Assembly (NCBI GenBank): GCA_019162745.1 | Contig: JAFLLC010000069.1 | Location: 3,002-67,001, forward strand | Source of the DNA: Deltaproteobacteria bacterium | GTDB lineage: Bacteria > Desulfobacterota > Desulfuromonadia > Geobacterales > Pseudopelobacteraceae | DNA: 64,000 bases | Reading direction: 5' to 3' | In this document: positions 32,651 through 42,061 of the stretch, piece after piece | How the letters are laid out: the number at the start of each line of letters is the position of its first letter | Numbering within the stretch: the first letter of the stretch is position 1 | Made by a program: the position numbers and the translations under genes | The notes under the pieces: generated by a model | The model's database searches: none | Told to the model about the DNA's origin: nothing | What the model saw: only the letters and a program-made list of their open reading frames with translations

Positions 32651-33720
32651 AAATCCTCATGATCGACAATGCGAAGGGATGGGGTGGCGCAGAGGAGCAA
32701 TTTCTCGCTCTGGCAAAAGGACTTATTAGCGCAGGCCATGCAGTAACACTGGGCATACGAGCCGGCAGCACAGGTGCAGTTCGGCTCTCCGACGAAACTT
32801 TACCAATCTGGGCAGTCCCGCGCGGTGGACTAAAGGGAGCAGTAGCGCTAGCCAACTTTGTAGTCAAAGCCAAACAGGAGCAATTCCATGTGATACATGT
32901 CCATCGCGATCACGATCTGCCGGTTGGAAAACTTTATGCGCTTGCCGCCGGAGCACTCCTGATTCTGACTCAGCACTGTCGGCCTGGCAAACCAAGCCGG
33001 TTGATGTACGGCCTGGTTGACAAAATTGTCTGCGTGTCAAAGTACATTGCAGCAGATATTTGTACTCGTTTACCGTCGCTGACCAGTCGGGTTTGCGTCA
33101 TTCATAACGGTATCGACCTGACATCGTTTGACGCCCCTGATCCAGCCTACTGGCAGCGCCATCCGAAAACCAACGACCGTTGGCCATTGCTAGGGGCTGT
33201 TGGCTGTTTTTACAAAAACCAGGAAGAGCTGCTCGGCCTACTGCCTGAACTTAGGAAAGAGTTTCCTAAAATTGCACTCCTGCTGATAGGCGAAGACGAT
33301 CAGAAAAAACCAGCATTGGTTAACAGAGCAACGGAACTTGGTGTAACTGATGCAGTTGTTTTTACTGGCTTGATTCCACGAGAACAGATGAAAGATGCAC
33401 TGGCCGGCCTAGACCTGCAGGTCAGTGCTTTTCGCAATGAGGGCTTCGGCCTCGCAATAGTTGAGGGACTGGCTGTCGGAACCCCATTTGTTGGCTACCG
33501 GTCTGGCGGTTATCCGGAAATCGTTACGGACTGCTCAGCCGGTTTTCTCGCCGATAGTTCGACGGAGTTGGCCGACGCTGTCATCAGCATGCTCAGTGCA
33601 GATTCAAAATCCAGGTCTGCGAGAGTGGAGGCATGTGTAGCAACAATTGGCAGGTTTAGTCTATCTCGCATGGTGGGTACCTATGAGGCTACATACGCCT
33701 CGCTGAAAGGAGTGTCGTGA
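32647..33720 (+). CDS. Glycosyltransferase family 4 (GT-B, group 1)
   Basis: 357 aa. EGFGLAIVEGLAVGTPFVGYRSGG. The gene overlaps its neighbours by 4 nt. Confidence 0.85.
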   Translation: MKILMIDNAKGWGGAEEQFLALAKGLISAGHAVTLGIRAGSTGAVRLSDETLPIWAVPRGGLKGAVALANFVVKAKQEQFHVIHVHRDHDLPVGKLYALAAGALLILTQHCRPGKPSRLMYGLVDKIVCVSKYIAADICTRLPSLTSRVCVIHNGIDLTSFDAPDPAYWQRHPKTNDRWPLLGAVGCFYKNQEELLGLLPELRKEFPKIALLLIGEDDQKKPALVNRATELGVTDAVVFTGLIPREQMKDALAGLDLQVSAFRNEGFGLAIVEGLAVGTPFVGYRSGGYPEIVTDCSAGFLADSSTELADAVISMLSADSKSRSARVEACVATIGRFSLSRMVGTYEATYASLKGVS

Positions 33721-34646
33721 TGTTTTCTGTTTCGGTTGTCATCCCTACCTTTAATGGTCGTGACCTGCTGCTAAATAATCTGCCACCGCTGTTCGCAGCA
33801 CTGGCTCGGATTGATGCTGCCTCGGAAGTTATTGTCGTTGACGACGCCAGCAGTGACGACTCGCTGCAGGTTCTGGAAAGAGAATTTCCGGCAGTGATTG
33901 TCATACGTAACGAGCAGAACCTTGGGTTTGCCGAGACTATAAACCGCGGCATTTTTGTAGCTCGCCATGACATTGTCCTCGCCCTGAACAATGATGTTAC
34001 TGTAGATCTGGATAGTATCTCTAAAACTTTACCCAGGTTTTCTGATCGGCAGATTTTTGCTGTTACACCTAATATTTTCGATCCGAGAGACAACCGAAAT
34101 CAGGCAATTTATCGATTGAAGCCTGGAATATGTTGGTTTGTTGATGAGTGCCTGCAGGATATCCCGAATGTCCCAGAAATCCCCCTGTTTTTTTCTTCTG
34201 GAGGTTCAAGCTTTTATGACCGACAGAAACTGCTGCAGCTTGGCGGCTTTTCAAAGTTTTACGCCCCTTTTTATGTTGAAGATGTCGATCTTTCCTACCA
34301 AGCTTGGAAAAGGGGTTGGAAGTGCCTTCTGGAACCTGCCGCAAGCGTCTGGCATCCAGCAAACACGACCATCCGCAAATACCATAAAAAGAGGAAAATC
34401 AAGTTTATGGCTGCCAGGAATAAGCATTATTTCATGTGGCTGAATGTAACTGATCCATTCCTGGTGTTCAGGTACGTTCTGTTTTTACCATTTTCACTAT
34501 TGTGGGATCTGCTCTCCTTTCGGAAGTACAAATTTATCGGCTTTTTCTGGGCTCTGGCCAAATTACCGGAAGTCTTGCGGGAGCGATGGGTGCGGCGGAA
34601 GGTATCAGTTAGCAGAGACAAAGTTATCATTAGCCTTGTACGATAG
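33717..34646 (+). CDS. Glycosyltransferase family 2
   Basis: 309 aa. SVVIPTFNG, VVDDASSDDS and VEDVDLSYQ (DXD-type) motifs. Confidence 0.85.
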   Translation: MMFSVSVVIPTFNGRDLLLNNLPPLFAALARIDAASEVIVVDDASSDDSLQVLEREFPAVIVIRNEQNLGFAETINRGIFVARHDIVLALNNDVTVDLDSISKTLPRFSDRQIFAVTPNIFDPRDNRNQAIYRLKPGICWFVDECLQDIPNVPEIPLFFSSGGSSFYDRQKLLQLGGFSKFYAPFYVEDVDLSYQAWKRGWKCLLEPAASVWHPANTTIRKYHKKRKIKFMAARNKHYFMWLNVTDPFLVFRYVLFLPFSLLWDLLSFRKYKFIGFFWALAKLPEVLRERWVRRKVSVSRDKVIISLVR

Positions 34647-34655
34647 AACTGGAGG

Positions 34656-35300
34656 TTGTTCATGGACGTCAGCTACTTTTCCCACGTACGGCGAGAAATT
34701 GCCCCGTTACTCAGCGGAACTTACCATACGGGCCTGGAGGTCGGATGCGGTGCTGGCGTGACGCTTGAGTGGCTTCAATCATCCGGCATTTGCACCAATA
34801 CCATCGGGGTTGAATATGATCCGTTAGCTGCCTTGGAAGCGGGAAACCGGGTTAACAAGGTTTATTGCGGAGATATCGGATCTATAGATCTTGATATACC
34901 GCCGGAATCTGTCGACCTGTTACTATGTCTTGACGTTCTCGAACATCTACCTGACCCTTGGGCAGTTATGAAGAATCTGTATCGACTGGTTCGCCCCGGT
35001 GGTTCGGTAGTTGTCAGCCTGCCTAATGTGCGCTATTGGAAGGTTTCAGCGCCTCTATTGTTCAGTGACAAGTGGCAGTATACAGACGCCGGAGTACTGG
35101 ACCGGACGCATCTCAGATTTTTTGTCAAGCAAACGGCAATAGAAATGGTCGAGCAGGGTGGTTTCACGGTGGAAAAAGTGATCTCAACCGGGCTTGGTCG
35201 CAGTAAACGGTCGCAGTTTGTAAATGGCTTGCTGCCGGATTTTATTATAAACCTTTTAAGTTATCAATTTGTCATCAAGGGGACCAAACTGGTTAGCTGA
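34656..35300 (+). CDS. Class I SAM-dependent methyltransferase
   Basis: 214 aa. Motif I LEVGCGAGVT and motif II-like DLLLCLDVLEHL. The start may be the ATG at 34662. Confidence 0.8.
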   Translation: MFMDVSYFSHVRREIAPLLSGTYHTGLEVGCGAGVTLEWLQSSGICTNTIGVEYDPLAALEAGNRVNKVYCGDIGSIDLDIPPESVDLLLCLDVLEHLPDPWAVMKNLYRLVRPGGSVVVSLPNVRYWKVSAPLLFSDKWQYTDAGVLDRTHLRFFVKQTAIEMVEQGGFTVEKVISTGLGRSKRSQFVNGLLPDFIINLLSYQFVIKGTKLVS

Positions 35301-35488
35301 TGGCTACAACTTTATGAATATCCGCATGATTTGAAAGCAAAATACACTTTATGCGATATAACTATTCAACTTACATATTACATAAAACATGACATCAGCC
35401 AGTTTCAGGAACTGCTTATCAGTTTTTTTACAAGCCATTACTATTGTTTTTACTAGACTAACCTTCTAAATAGCACTATACTCCCGTC

Positions 35489-36637
35489 ATGCCTACCTCA
35501 TACGAACGAGCATTCGTAACTCACATTGAAAAACGCCTCTCCGGTGATCAGCCATTGATCCAGGTTCTTGTCGGCCCACGCCAGGTCGGCAAAACTACCG
35601 GGATGCGGCAATTACTTGCTCGCTATCCCAAAAACAATCATTATGCCAATGCTGACGATTTACTGGTTACTGACCGCACCTGGCTGCTGGAGCAATGGCA
35701 AAAAGCCTTGTTGCTGGGCGACGGCACACTATTGATTATTGATGAAGTTCAGAAGATTCCTAACTGGTCGGAGACCCTCAAATCTTTATGGGACAAGAAT
35801 CCACATCGGCTCCGTGTTGTCGTGCTTGGCTCCAGCTCACTTCAAAGACAAAGCGGACTGACCGAAAGTCTTGCAGGGCGCTTCGAGCTTACACGCATAC
35901 ACCATTGGACATTCACTGAGCTGAATCAATGCTTTGGCTATGACCTTGATCGTTTTCTTTTGTTTGGTGGTTATCCGGGCTCAGTAGCGTACGAGGATGA
36001 TTATGATCGCTGGTACGCGTACCTGAAGGACTCAATCGTGGAGGCGGTCATTGGCAAAGATATTCTCTTGAACCGCAAGGTAGGTAATCCGGCACTATTC
36101 CGACAGGCGTTTGAAATCCTCTGCCATTATCCGGCTCAGGAAATAAGCTATACCAAACTGCTGGGACAGCTGCAGGACAAGGGAAATACTGATCTTATCA
36201 AATACTACATTGAACTGTTTGCCGGAGCGTTTCTGATATATCCATTGGAAAAATATTCCGCAAAAGAGTGGCTTACCCGTTCCTCCAGTCCTAAAATTCT
36301 CGTTGCCTGCCCTGCCCTCTACACTATGACCGCAGGACCGGGAGTATTGAAAGATCTTGACAGACGTGGCAGAGTATTTGAACTTGCAGTGGGAGCACAG
36401 CTGTTGCAATTACCGGGAGAGCTGTTCTACTGGCGGGAGAAAAACGCCGAAGTTGATTTTATCTACCGCTATCAGGGTAAACTATTCGCTATTGAAGTAA
36501 AATCCGGCAGAAAAAAAACGGCAAAAGGGCTCGACGTATTCATGAAACAGTTTCCGGATGCCTGCCCGGTTATCCTGACAACGGACAATTTCCCGCTGTT
36601 CTCTGAAGACCCGAAAAAGTTTTTCGCCGCTCTCTGA
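35489..36637 (+). CDS. AAA_14-type ATPase fused to a DUF4143 / PD-(D/E)xK-like C-terminus
   Basis: 382 aa. Walker A GPRQVGKTT, Walker B LLIIDEVQ. The C-terminal NAEVDFIY..LFAIEVKSGRKK fits a D..ExK nuclease signature. An AT-rich 188-nt spacer precedes it. Confidence 0.8.
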   Translation: MPTSYERAFVTHIEKRLSGDQPLIQVLVGPRQVGKTTGMRQLLARYPKNNHYANADDLLVTDRTWLLEQWQKALLLGDGTLLIIDEVQKIPNWSETLKSLWDKNPHRLRVVVLGSSSLQRQSGLTESLAGRFELTRIHHWTFTELNQCFGYDLDRFLLFGGYPGSVAYEDDYDRWYAYLKDSIVEAVIGKDILLNRKVGNPALFRQAFEILCHYPAQEISYTKLLGQLQDKGNTDLIKYYIELFAGAFLIYPLEKYSAKEWLTRSSSPKILVACPALYTMTAGPGVLKDLDRRGRVFELAVGAQLLQLPGELFYWREKNAEVDFIYRYQGKLFAIEVKSGRKKTAKGLDVFMKQFPDACPVILTTDNFPLFSEDPKKFFAAL

Positions 36638-36690
36638 TGCTGAAAGAGTCCTCAAAAGGTATGCACGGCTATTAAAAAAACAAGGGCACC

Positions 36691-37707
36691 ATGAATCAGA
36701 AACCACAAAACATACTCATCATAAAACCAGGCGCTATGGGTGACCTGCTGCAACTGACGCCGACAATCCGGGGACTGCGCAACAGCTTTACCCACGCACG
36801 TATCGACATAATGGTTGGAAACAGAGCCTCCATTGACCTGTTTCGTCATCATCCCGACATAGCTGATGTTCTGGTATATGACCGCCGCGGGGAACACCGG
36901 TCGTTCAGCGCCCTGCTTTCTCTCTGGAAGAAGATCAGGAGCCGTTCCTACGATCTGGTCATCAACTTCCAACGCAGTAACCTTAAAACCTGGTTTCTGA
37001 CCTCTGCCGCACTGCCATGCCGCATTCTGACGTATCACAAAACCCGTACGAGCGTCATCCATGCGGTCATGGATCACCTGAAAACGGTTGAACCGCTCGG
37101 GATTTTACCGGACGGGGAGCAGCTGGATCTCTATCTTTCCCCTGAAGACCGTCAGCACGCAACAGTGTTGTTCGAATCCCACGGTCTGGACAAACGCCCT
37201 GTGGTGGCTATCAACCCCGGTGCCAGCCATCCGGTCAATCGCTGGAGTACGACACAGTTTGCAGCCCTTGCGGACAGGGTCAGTAACGAATTGAATGCTG
37301 CGGTGATCATTGTCGGCGGTAGTGGAGACACCCCATTGGCACACGATATTGACCGGCTATCGAGTTCGCACCCGCTGGTTCTCACCGGCACAACGACCCT
37401 GCTGCAACTGGGGGCGGTCCTGGAAAAATCCGCCCTGCTCGTCAGCGGTGACACCGGCCCGATGCACATGGCAACCGCAGTCCGGACACCGGTAATCGCC
37501 CTGTTTGGAGCTGCCGACCCAGAGCGCACCGGACCAACCGGCAGCGGGCACAGGGTACTCCAGGCAAGGGATCTGGCCTGTGTGCCCTGCCGAAGCAGGA
37601 AGTGCGGCAATACTCACAATATGGAATGCATGGAATGCATCACGGTGAATGACGTTTTTGAAGCCGCCAGAGAAATGCTGGGACAAAGGAAACCATGCGT
37701 ATCCTGA
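36691..37707 (+). CDS. Heptosyltransferase family glycosyltransferase (GT9)
   Basis: 338 aa. ILIIKPGAMGDLLQLTPTIRGL and SGDTGPMHMATA motifs. Confidence 0.85.
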   Translation: MNQKPQNILIIKPGAMGDLLQLTPTIRGLRNSFTHARIDIMVGNRASIDLFRHHPDIADVLVYDRRGEHRSFSALLSLWKKIRSRSYDLVINFQRSNLKTWFLTSAALPCRILTYHKTRTSVIHAVMDHLKTVEPLGILPDGEQLDLYLSPEDRQHATVLFESHGLDKRPVVAINPGASHPVNRWSTTQFAALADRVSNELNAAVIIVGGSGDTPLAHDIDRLSSSHPLVLTGTTTLLQLGAVLEKSALLVSGDTGPMHMATAVRTPVIALFGAADPERTGPTGSGHRVLQARDLACVPCRSRKCGNTHNMECMECITVNDVFEAAREMLGQRKPCVS

Positions 37708-38738
37708 TCGTTAAAATATCCGCCATGGGCGATGTCCTGCATGCCCTGCCGGTACTGGACTACCTGAAGCAGGCCTCACCAGGTTGCGAGATCGACTGGG
37801 TTGTTGAAGAGGCTTTTGCTGATCTACTAAGCGGCAACCCGCTGATTTCACGACTCCATACCGTGCGGTTTAAAAAATGGAAGCGGAAACCGCTTTCCGG
37901 CGAGACAATAAAAGAGATCCTGAATGTCCGTAATGGCCTTGTGCAACGGGCCTATGATCTGGCCATCGATATTCAGGGCAATATCAAAAGCGGGATGGTT
38001 GTCTGGTTGAGCGGCTGCCCCCGGCGTGTCGGCTTCAGCCGTGCAGCGACTCAGGAAAGCCTGAACATCCTGTTCACCAACCGCAGAATTGAGCCGCACC
38101 CAGAGAATCGCCATATAACCGACCAGTACCTGCGGATTGCAGAATCATCCTTTGACCTAAAGTTCAGCGGACTGCAACTGCACACCGATATCTGCACCCT
38201 GCCGGAGGATGATCTGGTGGCAGACGAACTGGTCAAGCGCTACCGCGCAAGCGGCCCACTCTTTTTGATCCATACCGGCACTACCTGGCAGACAAAGTTC
38301 TGGCATGAACAGGGCTGGATCGAACTCGGCCGCAGGATCATCTCTTCCTTTCCAGGCTCGACTCTTCTCTTCTCCTGGGGAAATGAGGGCGAACGCAGCG
38401 CAGCGGAACGGATTACGACGGCATTGGGTAGTCAGGCTGTGCAGCTGGAGAGACTATCAATCATGCGCCTGGCGGCACTGGTGAAAAAGGTCAACCTTGT
38501 TATGGGGGGTGACACCGGCATTGTCCATATGGCCGCAGCGGTTGGAACTCCCACCGTCTCGTACTATCGTGCCAGTGACGGCCTGCGCAGCGGCCCCAGA
38601 GGGGAGAAACATGCCGTTGTCCAGACACCGATGCCGTGCGCACGCTGCTTCCGTACCCGGTGCGAAAAGGACGGGGAATGTCGTGAAAGTATTACTCCAC
38701 AGCTTCTGATGCAGGCAATTACGCGGATACTTTGTTAA
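37695..38738 (+). CDS. waaC: LPS heptosyltransferase I-like glycosyltransferase (GT9)
   Basis: 347 aa. MRILIVKISAMGDVLHALPVLDYLK closely resembles the WaaC N-terminus. GGDTGIVHMAAAVG motif. Confidence 0.7.
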   Translation: MRILIVKISAMGDVLHALPVLDYLKQASPGCEIDWVVEEAFADLLSGNPLISRLHTVRFKKWKRKPLSGETIKEILNVRNGLVQRAYDLAIDIQGNIKSGMVVWLSGCPRRVGFSRAATQESLNILFTNRRIEPHPENRHITDQYLRIAESSFDLKFSGLQLHTDICTLPEDDLVADELVKRYRASGPLFLIHTGTTWQTKFWHEQGWIELGRRIISSFPGSTLLFSWGNEGERSAAERITTALGSQAVQLERLSIMRLAALVKKVNLVMGGDTGIVHMAAAVGTPTVSYYRASDGLRSGPRGEKHAVVQTPMPCARCFRTRCEKDGECRESITPQLLMQAITRILC

Positions 38739-38783
38739 AAGCCGCCAGATCACAGCTATTATTGAATTTCCCGCGGAGGACAC

Positions 38784-39794
38784 ATGCAAAAGATACTCGT
38801 CACCGGTGCCGCCGGTTTTATCGGCTTTCACCTTGCAAAAAAACTGCTGGACGGTGAATGCGAGGTTGTCGGCCTGGACAACCTCAATGACTATTACGAT
38901 GTAAATCTTAAAACAGCGCGGCTTGCGCAACTTGAGGAACGGGGTAATTTCCGCTTTCACAAGATGGGTCTTGAAGAGCGGGATGCCGTCAGTCGTTTCT
39001 TTAAAGATGAGCAGTTTGATATCGTCGTTAATCTCGCAGCTCAGGCCGGGGTACGCTATTCCATCGAGAATCCCTACGCCTATATAGACAGCAACATCTC
39101 CGCTTTCATCAATATTCTTGAGGGGTGCCGGCACAACGGTGTCAAGCACCTCGTGTACGCATCTTCCAGCTCGGTGTACGGGGCCAACACCAAAATGCCC
39201 TTCTCCGTGCACGACAATGTGGATCACCCTGTTTCGCTCTATGCCGCAACAAAGAAGTCCAACGAGCTGATGGCCCACACGTATTCCCACCTCTACAACC
39301 TGCCGACCACCGGGCTGCGCTTCTTCACCGTGTATGGCCCCTGGGGCAGACCAGACATGGCGCTGTTCCTTTTTACCAAAGCGATCATCGAGGGGCGGCC
39401 GATTGACGTTTATAACCATGGACTGATGCAACGGGACTTCACCTATATCGATGATATTGTGGAAGGAGTATTCAGGGTAATGGGCAAAATCCCCGAAGCG
39501 AATCATGACTGGAACGGCGATGGGGCTGATCCCGGCACAAGCAGCGCCCCATACAGGATTTACAACATCGGCAACAACAACCCTGTTGAATTGATCAGAT
39601 TTATCGCAGTGCTGGAAAATGCGATCGGGATGAAAGCGGAAATGAGACTCCTCCCCCTCCAGCCGGGGGATGTCTGCTCTACCTACGCTGATGTCGATGA
39701 TCTGATGCGGGACGTCGGCTTTAGACCGTCCACCTCCATTGAGGAGGGAATCGGCACGTTCGTCGCGTGGTACAGGAAGTTTTACGGTGTTTAA
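38784..39794 (+). CDS. NAD-dependent sugar-nucleotide epimerase (extended SDR; UDP-glucuronate 4-epimerase-like)
   Basis: 336 aa. [10 protein letters not shown] Rossmann motif, YAATK catalytic motif and an [11 protein letters not shown] region. Confidence 0.85.
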   Translation: MQKILVTGAAGFIGFHLAKKLLDGECEVVGLDNLNDYYDVNLKTARLAQLEERGNFRFHKMGLEERDAVSRFFKDEQFDIVVNLAAQAGVRYSIENPYAYIDSNISAFINILEGCRHNGVKHLVYASSSSVYGANTKMPFSVHDNVDHPVSLYAATKKSNELMAHTYSHLYNLPTTGLRFFTVYGPWGRPDMALFLFTKAIIEGRPIDVYNHGLMQRDFTYIDDIVEGVFRVMGKIPEANHDWNGDGADPGTSSAPYRIYNIGNNNPVELIRFIAVLENAIGMKAEMRLLPLQPGDVCSTYADVDDLMRDVGFRPSTSIEEGIGTFVAWYRKFYGV

Positions 39795-39885
39795 GCGCGG
39801 ACTGTTCCGGTAATACCAGACTCCGTGATGCTGGCGCTTCAACCTTGTGACCATAAACCTGATAATCGTGCAACCGGCTGAGGAC

Positions 39886-40752
39886 ATGAACACATATCTA
39901 TTTGTAAACTCCGCTTCCGGCCATCATTCGGCCCAACGCCTGCAATTTTCCCTGGAGCGACTGCGCTCTCACGGGATAGATCCGAAGATTTTCCAGGTAC
40001 GCAATCCGGTAGATGTTTACGCCTGTTGTGACACGATCAACGAGGATGGCGGCCCTCACCTGGTAATCGTTGCCGGTGGTGACGGAACCATCAATGCGGT
40101 AGCCAACGGATTGAATCCGGGGACGGCAACTCTGGCGGTGCTGCCATTCGGCACCTCCAACGTGCTGGCTGCTGAAATTGGGATAAAGTCGATTGATGAC
40201 GCCCTTGAGCGGATAGCCGCCGGCAAAACCTGCTCTCTATCTGTCGGCGTTATTGAGCTGGAGGGGCGTTTCTACCGCTTCCTTCTCATGGCCGGAATCG
40301 GCCTTGACGGGGCGGTCGTCAAAGATGTATGGCCATTGGGGAAAAGGCTCCTGCGACAGGGAGCCTATGCCCTGTCGGCTCTGAAGTGTGCAATTGCTTG
40401 GGATACCTCTGTTTTTGGAATCAGCACCCCGGAACGTGATGTCACATGCCACACCGCTATCATCTGCAACGCCTCCCGCTATGGGGGAAATTATATCCTG
40501 TCACCCGGAAGCAGCCCGTTTTTGTCAGGACTTTCTGCTGTCTGTATTACCGGAACCACGCGACGCACCTATTTGAGCAGCGCAGTGGATCTGTTTCGGA
40601 ACAAGGCGGGGACAAACAAGGATCTGATCCGGATACAATCTTCGACCTTTGAGATCCGGGGGAAGCGCCCGATCCAGATCGATGGTGATTTTATTGGCTA
40701 CGGCCCTGCACGCATATCCGAGCTCGCAAATTTTGCGAGAATTATTGTGTAG
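39886..40752 (+). CDS. Diacylglycerol/lipid kinase catalytic-domain protein (YegS/BmrU-like)
   Basis: Start set at MNTYLFVNSASGHH. VAGGDGTINAV motif. Confidence 0.8.
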   Translation: MNTYLFVNSASGHHSAQRLQFSLERLRSHGIDPKIFQVRNPVDVYACCDTINEDGGPHLVIVAGGDGTINAVANGLNPGTATLAVLPFGTSNVLAAEIGIKSIDDALERIAAGKTCSLSVGVIELEGRFYRFLLMAGIGLDGAVVKDVWPLGKRLLRQGAYALSALKCAIAWDTSVFGISTPERDVTCHTAIICNASRYGGNYILSPGSSPFLSGLSAVCITGTTRRTYLSSAVDLFRNKAGTNKDLIRIQSSTFEIRGKRPIQIDGDFIGYGPARISELANFARIIV

Positions 40753-40786
40753 CGGAAAAGATTTCGCATTCCAATCAACAAAGAAT

Positions 40787-40960
40787 AAACCTAAAACCGG
40801 CAGTTCAATAACACGGAGACACGGAGAACACTGAGAAATCAAAGCATTAAGGTTTAAAACAAAATATCCTTTTTGGTGAACCATAAAACTACTTATTCTA
40901 TCTGTAACTCTCAGATGTTACTCCGTGTTCTCAGTGTCTCCGTGTTTCAAATGCTTTTTC
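40787..40960 (-). repeat. Palindromic intergenic repeat, copy 3 (inverted orientation)
   Basis: The reverse complement reads GAAAAAGCATTTGAAACACGGAGACACTGAGAACACGGAG...CTCAGTGTTCTCCGTGTCTCCGTGTTATTGAACTGCCGGTTTTAGGTTT and is colinear with copy 1. It lies 25 nt upstream of the tcdA ATG. Confidence 0.9.
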
Positions 40961-40984
40961 AGGATAAAAGGTATCGGCACATTT

Positions 40985-41776
40985 ATGACACTTCATCGCT
41001 TTTCCCGCACCGAACTTCTGATCGGCACGGCAGGATTGTCCACCCTGGCCGATAAACACGTCATGATATGCGGTGTCGGCGGTGTTGGCAGTTATGCAGT
41101 AGAAGCTCTGGGACGCGCCGGGATCGGTAAGATCACACTGGTGGACTTTGATGACATCTCCCTGACCAACGTCAATCGGCAGATCCATGCATTATCCAGC
41201 ACGGTGGGGCAGGCAAAAGTGGAGGCCATGGCGGCACGATTGCGCGACATCAATCCGGACGCCGAAATCATGCCGGTCAAAGAGTTTTTCTCAGTTGAGA
41301 ACGCTGAACGACTGCTCATGCCACGCCCGGATTATGTCCTCGACGCGATTGATCATTTCACCGCCAAGACCTGGTTGATAACGGTCTGCCGCCGGCAGGG
41401 GATTCCGGTTATCTCCAGCATGGGGGCCGCAAACAAACTGGACCCCACGCAAATAGAAGTCGCCGATATTTCGGCCACCAGAAACTGCCGGATGGCCCGT
41501 AGCATGCGGAAGATACTGAAAGATTCCGGCATCACCTCCGGAGTGCAGGTCGTCTACTCGACCGAACTGCATCGGGCTCTTGATCCTGAGACATCAGGCG
41601 CAGTCGGCAGCGACATCATCAGCCCCGATTACCCGGAACAAACGGTCAAGGAGGTATATCGCCGAGCGGTTCTCGGGAGCATTTCGTATATCCCTTCAAT
41701 CTTCGGGCTGACGATGGCAGGAGTTGTGCTCAACGAGCTTTTGCATCGGAATCCACCCCCGGCAACAAAAGAATGA
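40985..41776 (+). CDS. tcdA: tRNA threonylcarbamoyladenosine dehydratase (ThiF/E1-like)
   Basis: Start set at MTLHRFSRTELLIG. VMICGVGGVGSYAVEAL nucleotide-binding motif, LVDFDDISLTNVNRQ. Confidence 0.85.
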   Translation: MTLHRFSRTELLIGTAGLSTLADKHVMICGVGGVGSYAVEALGRAGIGKITLVDFDDISLTNVNRQIHALSSTVGQAKVEAMAARLRDINPDAEIMPVKEFFSVENAERLLMPRPDYVLDAIDHFTAKTWLITVCRRQGIPVISSMGAANKLDPTQIEVADISATRNCRMARSMRKILKDSGITSGVQVVYSTELHRALDPETSGAVGSDIISPDYPEQTVKEVYRRAVLGSISYIPSIFGLTMAGVVLNELLHRNPPPATKE

Positions 41777-42061
41777 GCTTTTACCGGTAAACCATGCTGT
41801 TTTTTATTGACAAGCCCTGAAAATAAAGGGTAACGTCACAACACCTCAGATTAAACATCGTGGCATCCAAACAGATCCCTATTAATTCTTCACACGTTGA
41901 ATACTTTCGAACCTCTGAAAAAAACATATTCCGCCCTTTGAGCCAAAAGCTCCCGATTATGGCAGATTCCATTAATACAGCCGCTTCATAGCTTCCCCGG
42001 ATAAATTGAGTACACCTATGCTGAATCCCCATATCATGAAGATCGTTACGCAGGAGAACCG

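Noticed and set aside
38457-39893. 478-aa minus-strand ORF, one of the longest in the track
   Set aside because: It lies entirely antisense to the well-supported waaC 3' end, the epimerase gene and the lipid kinase start. The translation is low-complexity with no motif, so it is the typical shadow ORF of GC-rich coding DNA.
41774-41805. Possible terminator after tcdA (TTACCGGTAA palindrome followed by ..CTGTTTTTT)
   Set aside because: The palindrome has no loop and only 5 bp per arm, and the T-run is separated from it by 10 nt. This is not convincing as an intrinsic terminator.
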